From Hyphomonas sp. (GTDB taxonomy: Bacteria; Pseudomonadota; Alphaproteobacteria; Caulobacterales; Hyphomonadaceae), in NCBI RefSeq assembly GCF_037969335.1, contig NZ_JBBKXE010000048.1:4327-68326 (forward strand): a DNA stretch of 64,000 nucleotides, given 5' to 3'. This document shows positions 58,573 to 64,000 of this stretch, piece after piece (the first letter of the stretch is position 1; the number at the start of each line of letters is the position of its first letter). Under the pieces are notes generated by a model, which saw only the letters and a list, made by a program, of their open reading frames with translations, was not told the DNA's origin and ran no database searches. The translations under genes were made by a program, and so were the position numbers.

Positions 58573-60699
58573 TCAGGTGGTGCCCGTCGCGTAGTCCAGC
58601 GCGCGGGCATCATACTGGTCGATCACCGCATCGAGATCGCCCGGAGAATTCAGCAGGGCGAGCTTTTCCTTCGGTTCAAGCGCGGTGATGTATTCACCCA
58701 GCGTCGACAGACGGTTCGCACGCGCCCGGGCGATCGCGAGGGGCGTATGAACTTCGCTATGGGCGAGCGGCCAGTGCGTATCGACAATATGCGTCCGGCG
58801 GTTCCGGAGATTACGGTCGGAGAACAGGTTGGCCAGACTTGGCGCCGACAGGTCCTGATAGGCGGGCCGGCTGGCCACTGAATCGAGATAGGACTGCGGT
58901 GGATCGCGTTCTTCCGGGCTTTCGAGCAGGTTCATACGCAGCGCGAAATCGCCGCTCTTGGTGCGCCCGGTCCACCAGGACAGGGTGGCTGCGAGCAGCA
59001 TGCCGATGGTTGCCGGCGCGAGCCAGGCTGCAAAGATCGGCGAGATGGCAAAGGCCGAAACCGTGAGCACGACGCCCAGCACGATGGCCGGGGCGTGGTG
59101 GCGGAACGTGTCGGACAGGGTGTATTCGTTCGATTCGCGGGCCTGCGGGTTCCAGCCGCCATCGCGACCGGTGAACACGCGGTATACGGCGACGGTCTGC
59201 TCGACCATCATGACCGGGGCGAGCAGGACCGAGATCAGCGTTTCGGTAATAACGCCCATGAATGTCTTGACCGGGCCGACGGTGCGGCGCCAGCGTGGCG
59301 ACGCGAGGCCATAAATGAGCCCGTAGAGCTTGGGAGCAAACAGGATCGCCATGGTCGCCGTGAACAGATGCAGCGAGCGCTCGGAGTCGATCACGGGCCA
59401 TGACGGGAAGAGGGCCGCTGTCTCGCCGAAATAGGCCGGCGTAAGGAACATGTTCTGCAGTGACAGCAACATGCCGACCGTGATGAAGAGCAGCCAGAGC
59501 GGCGACGCCAGATAGGAAAAGATGCCGATAATCAGGTGCATGCGGCTGGTGAAGGTGAGGCCGCGTGTCTTCAGCAGGACAGCCATGTGCTGCATGTTGC
59601 CCTGGCACCAGCGGCGGTCGCGGATGGACAGGTCGATGATCGATGGCGGGCCTTGCTCATACGAGCCGCCCAGTTCGGGCGCGATCTGCACGTTCCAGCC
59701 AGCACGGCGCAGGAGCGCGGCCTCGACGAAATCATGGCTGAGAATGGAGCCGCCGAACGGGGCCCGGCCCGGGATTTCCGGGAGCCCTGCCGCATTGGCG
59801 AGGGCCGAGATGCGCAGGATGGCGTTATGGCCCCAGAAATTGCCTTCATTCTGCGCCCACCAGGCGAGGCCGCTGCCGAGGACAGGGCCATACAGCGCGG
59901 CGGCGAATTGCTGGGTACGGGCGAACAGTGTGCGTCCGCCGACAAGCTGGGGAATGGTCTGGATCAGGCCGGTCGCCGGTGAGGCATCCATCCGGCGCGC
60001 GAGTTCGATGAGGGTATCGCGCTCCATGAAACTGTCGGCGTCGAACACGATCATGTAGTCGTAGCGGCCACCCCAGCGAGTGATGAAGTCACGGATATTG
60101 CCGGCCTTGCGGTGCAGGTTCATCGTGCGGCGGCGATAGTGGACCAGCGTTCCGGGCGTCATACGTGTACGCAAGCGCTCGAACGCGGCTTCCTCGCGCA
60201 AGGCAATTTCAGGATCGTTGGTATCGCTGAGAATGAAGCATTCGAAGCGGCCGGGTGCGGTCGCGAGCGATTCAGCGGTCGACTCGACCGTGGCGAACAC
60301 GCGCTCGACGTCTTCATTGTAGATCGGGAAAACGACAACCGTGCGACCGGCGATCATCTGGGTCGCATCCGGAGTGGCCGACTTGGGCGCGGGAAACAGG
60401 CCAGCCAGTGCGGCGAGGAAGCCGATCGTGCTGCTGACAAAGGCATAGGCGATCCAGCTGATGTTCAGGCTGAACACTGCGAGCAGCACTTTTTCGAGCA
60501 CCGTGACGCCGGACACGTTCAGCACGTAATACATTTCGATCGTCGCCCAGGCGGCGAGGACGAGGGCGAGCGAGAATACGATGACCTTGCGCCACATCAG
60601 CGACTTCGGTGCGCGATGGTTCACGGTCGGGCCCGTCTTGAATGCCTGATCCGGCATCGCGATGGGGTATTCTGCAGGGCGGGCGCGAAAAGTGATCAT
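58573..60699 (-). CDS. opgH: Glucans biosynthesis glucosyltransferase H
   Basis: PIYNED, LSDT, RKAGNI, DADS, NFWGHNAI, ILSHDFVEA, RDRRWCQGN. Confidence 0.95.
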   Translation of the reverse strand: MITFRARPAEYPIAMPDQAFKTGPTVNHRAPKSLMWRKVIVFSLALVLAAWATIEMYYVLNVSGVTVLEKVLLAVFSLNISWIAYAFVSSTIGFLAALAGLFPAPKSATPDATQMIAGRTVVVFPIYNEDVERVFATVESTAESLATAPGRFECFILSDTNDPEIALREEAAFERLRTRMTPGTLVHYRRRTMNLHRKAGNIRDFITRWGGRYDYMIVFDADSFMERDTLIELARRMDASPATGLIQTIPQLVGGRTLFARTQQFAAALYGPVLGSGLAWWAQNEGNFWGHNAILRISALANAAGLPEIPGRAPFGGSILSHDFVEAALLRRAGWNVQIAPELGGSYEQGPPSIIDLSIRDRRWCQGNMQHMAVLLKTRGLTFTSRMHLIIGIFSYLASPLWLLFITVGMLLSLQNMFLTPAYFGETAALFPSWPVIDSERSLHLFTATMAILFAPKLYGLIYGLASPRWRRTVGPVKTFMGVITETLISVLLAPVMMVEQTVAVYRVFTGRDGGWNPQARESNEYTLSDTFRHHAPAIVLGVVLTVSAFAISPIFAAWLAPATIGMLLAATLSWWTGRTKSGDFALRMNLLESPEERDPPQSYLDSVASRPAYQDLSAPSLANLFSDRNLRNRRTHIVDTHWPLAHSEVHTPLAIARARANRLSTLGEYITALEPKEKLALLNSPGDLDAVIDQYDARALDYATGTT

Positions 60700-62423
60700 T
60701 GCGATCTCCAGCGATAGAGCCAGGTTTCAGAGACAGGGCGGTCGGCCTTGGTCATCAAGGCGCGCAGTTCGCTCAGGCTTGCGTCTTTGGCGTCGAGTTC
60801 AAAGCTGAGGCGGACGCCGCCCGTTGTCGGGTTCGGCCGGACAATGGGCGATATAATGGTGCCGGAGGACGTCGACACCTGGGGAACTGCATCGCGCAGC
60901 AATTCGTCATTGTCGGAGTCGAAGTCGATGATGAACATCGGCCGCTTCGTGGCTGGCGAGATGCCGACTTTCGTCGCCGTGATTTTGGCGACCGGCGCGA
61001 CGACCGGCTGCGGCAGGCTCCAGATCATCTGGTAGGACAGCCGGACCGGCTTGCCGGCGACCCATGCCTCTGCCGGGCGCCATGAAACAACGATATTATC
61101 ATTGTATTCGTTGGTGGTCGGGATTTCGACGAGGGTCAGGTTGCCCGGGCCCCAGCCGTCTTTCGGGGCAATCCAGACATTGGGGCGGCGCTCATAGGCC
61201 GCTTCAAGGTCGTCATAGTCCTCAAAGTCGCGATTGCGCTGCATCAGGCCGAAGCCGAGCGGCGGCTGGGTGGCGAAACTGGAGATTTCGAGCTGGCTGG
61301 GATTGGCGAGCGGGCGCCAGACCCATTCGCCGTTCCGGAGTTCGATCATCAGGCCTTCGGAATCGTGCACGGCGACGCGATAGTCACGATTGCCGCGATT
61401 GATGCTGTGCGGTGAGAAATAATACATCGAGGTGATCGGCGCGATGCCGACTTCGGTGAGCTTGCGACGCGGGAAGAAGACCGCTTCCACGTCGATCATG
61501 GTCGACGTGCCGGGTGTGATGTCGAAGCGGAAGGCACCCGTTGTGCTGACGCCATTGAGCAAGGCGTACACGGTGAGCGTCTTGGCGCCGGGTGCCGGTT
61601 TGACCAGCCAGAACTCACGGAAGGACGGAAACTCTTCTCCGGCCGGGGAGGCTGTCGAAATCGCCATGCCCCGGGCCGACGCGCCATAGACGGTGCCAGC
61701 GCTCAGTGCGCGAAAGAAGCTGGCGCCCTTGAAGCTGATCAGGTCATCAAACTTGCCCGAGGAATTCAGGGGTGTGGTGACGTGAAAGCCTGCAAAGCCG
61801 ATTGAGTTCTTGTCCGCGTCCGACAAAGGCAGGTCAAAGAAGGCGAAATCTTCTTCCGTGTAGGGGCGGGGCAGCGCGACACCGTTCTCGACGATGTTGA
61901 GCTTGACTTCATCATTGAAGAGATAGCCGCGCGGGTCGTAGTGGACACGGAACGGCACGGTGCCGTCGGGCGTCCATTCGGCTGCCTCGCGCTTGAATTC
62001 GATGCGCCGGTACTGGTCATAGTCGAGCGAGGCGGCGGCAGCAGGAACGGACGAAGACTTCTGGTAGGCGTGTTCCGACAGGGCCTGTGCCTTGTTGATG
62101 ACCTGTTCGAAGGCGAAAGGCGGCGCGGCAGGGGCTGCGCCTGCCGCTATTGCGACCGGACTAGCACTGTCGCCTGATACGTCCGCTTCGTCGCTGATAT
62201 CGGCGACGGAGTCGATTGGCTCTATGACTGGTGCGGTTGGCAACGTGATTGCCGTATCCGCGAGGTCGGACGTTTCCTCGTCGGACGTACCTGCGCCGAC
62301 CACGGCAAGGGTTGGTGCCGGCTTTGCCGAGATGGAGGCGATGACCACGCCACCCAACAGGACAGTGATCGCCGCGCAGAGCGCGACGGCGGGTATGAAG
62401 AAAGGACGTTCAGTCAGTTTCAA
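60696..62423 (-). CDS. opgG: Periplasmic glucan biosynthesis protein G/D
   Basis: YDQYRRI, GASFFRA, YGASARG, EEFPSFREFW, VHDSEGL, EYNDNIV, SETWLYRW. Confidence 0.9.
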   Translation of the reverse strand: MKLTERPFFIPAVALCAAITVLLGGVVIASISAKPAPTLAVVGAGTSDEETSDLADTAITLPTAPVIEPIDSVADISDEADVSGDSASPVAIAAGAAPAAPPFAFEQVINKAQALSEHAYQKSSSVPAAAASLDYDQYRRIEFKREAAEWTPDGTVPFRVHYDPRGYLFNDEVKLNIVENGVALPRPYTEEDFAFFDLPLSDADKNSIGFAGFHVTTPLNSSGKFDDLISFKGASFFRALSAGTVYGASARGMAISTASPAGEEFPSFREFWLVKPAPGAKTLTVYALLNGVSTTGAFRFDITPGTSTMIDVEAVFFPRRKLTEVGIAPITSMYYFSPHSINRGNRDYRVAVHDSEGLMIELRNGEWVWRPLANPSQLEISSFATQPPLGFGLMQRNRDFEDYDDLEAAYERRPNVWIAPKDGWGPGNLTLVEIPTTNEYNDNIVVSWRPAEAWVAGKPVRLSYQMIWSLPQPVVAPVAKITATKVGISPATKRPMFIIDFDSDNDELLRDAVPQVSTSSGTIISPIVRPNPTTGGVRLSFELDAKDASLSELRALMTKADRPVSETWLYRWRSQ

Positions 62424-62583
62424 GATAACCTCTTTGCCGACGAAGCCGCTGAATTCAGAAAGCGCCGTCGATTGCCCGTGGCAACAAAATTACCGCCCGG
62501 ATCGCCGACGCTTCGAAAAGCGCCCGCTATCTGGGCAGTACGCCTCGCCTCGGCATTCGTTTCACTGAGAATTTTGGTCATTT

Positions 62584-62595
62584 TGCGGCGCAGCA
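62584..62595. promoter_or_regulatory. Possible PhaR-type site
   Basis: TGCGGCGCAGCA with nearby CAGTGCTGCA direct repeats. Confidence 0.3.
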
Positions 62596-62777
62596 TTACA
62601 GTGCTGCAATAACCCCACCCGAGCCCATTCGGCGAACCAGTGCTGCACAATCCAATTTGTTGCAAGTGCTCAGTAGCTGTGCGGCTGATTATCGCGTCTG
62701 AAACGGCGCGGGATTCGCCTCAGGCGGTATTCCGCGATATGCATGGCTGCAGCCCTGCTAGCCCTGAAAGCCCCCTG

Positions 62778-63500
62778 ATGCATCCGAATGCAACTTTGAA
62801 CGGCGGGACCTCGCTTGCTGGTGTCATCACGGTGGAATCAGGCATTCCCGGGGTTTCGGTTCTGGTGTGTGACAGTGCAAAGCAGGCGCGGGGTCAGGTT
62901 ACGGACAGTCTTGTGACCAGTGCGCCGGAGGCCGAACGCGCGGCGCGGCTGCACGATCCGGCGGCGCGGCAGAGGCTGCTGGTGTCTCTCGCAAGCGCAA
63001 GGGCGATGCTGGGGCTCGCGCTGGATATTCCGGCGCGCGAGGTGGACCTGGCGCGCACGGAAGATGGTGTGCCCTATCTTGCCAGCCGTCCCGACCGTGC
63101 CGTCTCGATCTCGCGGAGTGAGGGCTGGACGGCTGTTGCTCTCGCCGACGCGCGGGCGATTGGTCTGGATATTGAGCAAGTAAGGCCCATCGACTGGCAG
63201 CCGATGCTGTCGATGATCTGCAGCGATACGGAGCGCGACCAGATGCTGGCGCTGGCAGATGCGCCGCCGGAGCGTGCCCTTGCTGTCTTCTTCGCGCTAT
63301 GGACCGTGAAAGAGGCCGTTCTGAAGGCGTCAGGCAAAGGCTTGCGTGGCGGGGCGAAGACCGTTCCTGTGCCGGTCGCATCACTGGGGCAGCCTGCGCC
63401 GACACGGCAGGACGTGTCGGTTGGCGGCGCTCGCTACGCGGTCTGGACGGAGCAGATCGAGGATGTTTTCCTCAGCGTAGCGGTTGGCGACGCGCGCTAG
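62778..63500 (+). CDS. Sfp-type 4'-phosphopantetheinyl transferase
   Basis: GVPYL, SISRS, IGLDIE, WTVKEAVLKA.G.GL; start uncertain. Confidence 0.9.
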   Translation: MHPNATLNGGTSLAGVITVESGIPGVSVLVCDSAKQARGQVTDSLVTSAPEAERAARLHDPAARQRLLVSLASARAMLGLALDIPAREVDLARTEDGVPYLASRPDRAVSISRSEGWTAVALADARAIGLDIEQVRPIDWQPMLSMICSDTERDQMLALADAPPERALAVFFALWTVKEAVLKASGKGLRGGAKTVPVPVASLGQPAPTRQDVSVGGARYAVWTEQIEDVFLSVAVGDAR

Positions 63501-64000
63501 GCCCTGTCGGCCAGCGCGATCGTCAGCGGGCTTGCCTCATAGATCCGCAGGCCGTCGCACCAGAGCGTGCCCTTGCCGGTGATCAAGAGACGGTCACCGG
63601 ATTGGCTGACATCCATGATCTCCATCACCGTGGTGACTTCCTGCTTGTCCGGCGTGACCTGACCGCGATAGGCCCATTTGACCGGCGCGCCTGCCGCAAT
63701 GGTTTCGAATTGCGGGTCGGCCATGCCTTTGGTGTAGCCCTTGAGGCAGGCGGCGTGGGACAGGAGCTGGACCAGCGCATCGAGGCCGAGCGAGCCGGGC
63801 TGGACCGGATCCTGGAAGAAGTGAGCCTTGAAGTACCATGCATGCGGATCAACCGACTGGCGGCCGCGCGCGAGACCGAGGCCTGCCGCGCCGCCCGTGG
63901 CGTCGAAATAGTCGATGCGGTCGAGCATGACCAAGTCGCCGGTGGCTGTGGGGGACTTTGGTAGTGTGGTGCCGGGACGGTTGGGAGTGAGACCCAGGAG
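63497..64000 (-). CDS. C-terminal FabA-like dehydratase domain of a Pfa-like (PUFA/polyketide) synthase; 5' part outside the window
   Basis: WYFKAHFFQDPVQPGSLG, WAYRGQV, DGLRIYE; frame open to the window edge. Confidence 0.8.
   Translation of the reverse strand, partial: LLGLTPNRPGTTLPKSPTATGDLVMLDRIDYFDATGGAAGLGLARGRQSVDPHAWYFKAHFFQDPVQPGSLGLDALVQLLSHAACLKGYTKGMADPQFETIAAGAPVKWAYRGQVTPDKQEVTTVMEIMDVSQSGDRLLITGKGTLWCDGLRIYEASPLTIALADRA

Overview
GC-rich alphaproteobacterial chromosome segment; gene content suggests Caulobacterales/Hyphomonadaceae (inference, not a database assignment). Left to right: (1) 1-3500, an iron-uptake locus with Fur-like boxes: PepSY-TM, DUF2271, DUF4198, ApbE and the 5' end of a TonB-dependent receptor. 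(2) 3685-5136, a 5'-truncated GH3 glycosidase remnant. (3) About 5.2-21.6 kb, a microoxic/stress cluster with a FixK-type Crp/Fnr regulator, four FNR/FixK boxes, HPF/RaiA-CSD, a host-attachment (baeRF12-like) protein, Hsp20, DUF2267, a beta-CASP nuclease / NMP phosphorylase / PRPP-synthetase-like triad, Pta-AckA, a sensor kinase and receiver, and an unannotated WXXGXW lipoprotein gene with an internal stop. (4) 21.7-28.5 kb, acyl-CoA dehydrogenase plus an operon of two small unknown ORFs, amidohydrolase, epoxide hydrolase, FAD oxidoreductase and TetR behind a perfect palindrome. (5) A TonB receptor and PhoD with a pho box and a structured leader. (6) ActP-like symporter, LOG, BVMO/beta-oxidation genes and an RND pump. 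(7) MFS-TetR-TonB receptor with a shared operator. (8) CosR/EctR-like MarR, proB, proC, putP, opgH and opgG. (9) An Sfp-type PPTase converging on the 3' end of a Pfa-like synthase. No rRNA, convincing tRNA, CRISPR, transposase or integrase was seen. The best candidate for an undescribed system is the FixK-wired ribosome-hibernation / RNA-recycling cluster. All family calls come from motif recognition by eye, not from database searches.
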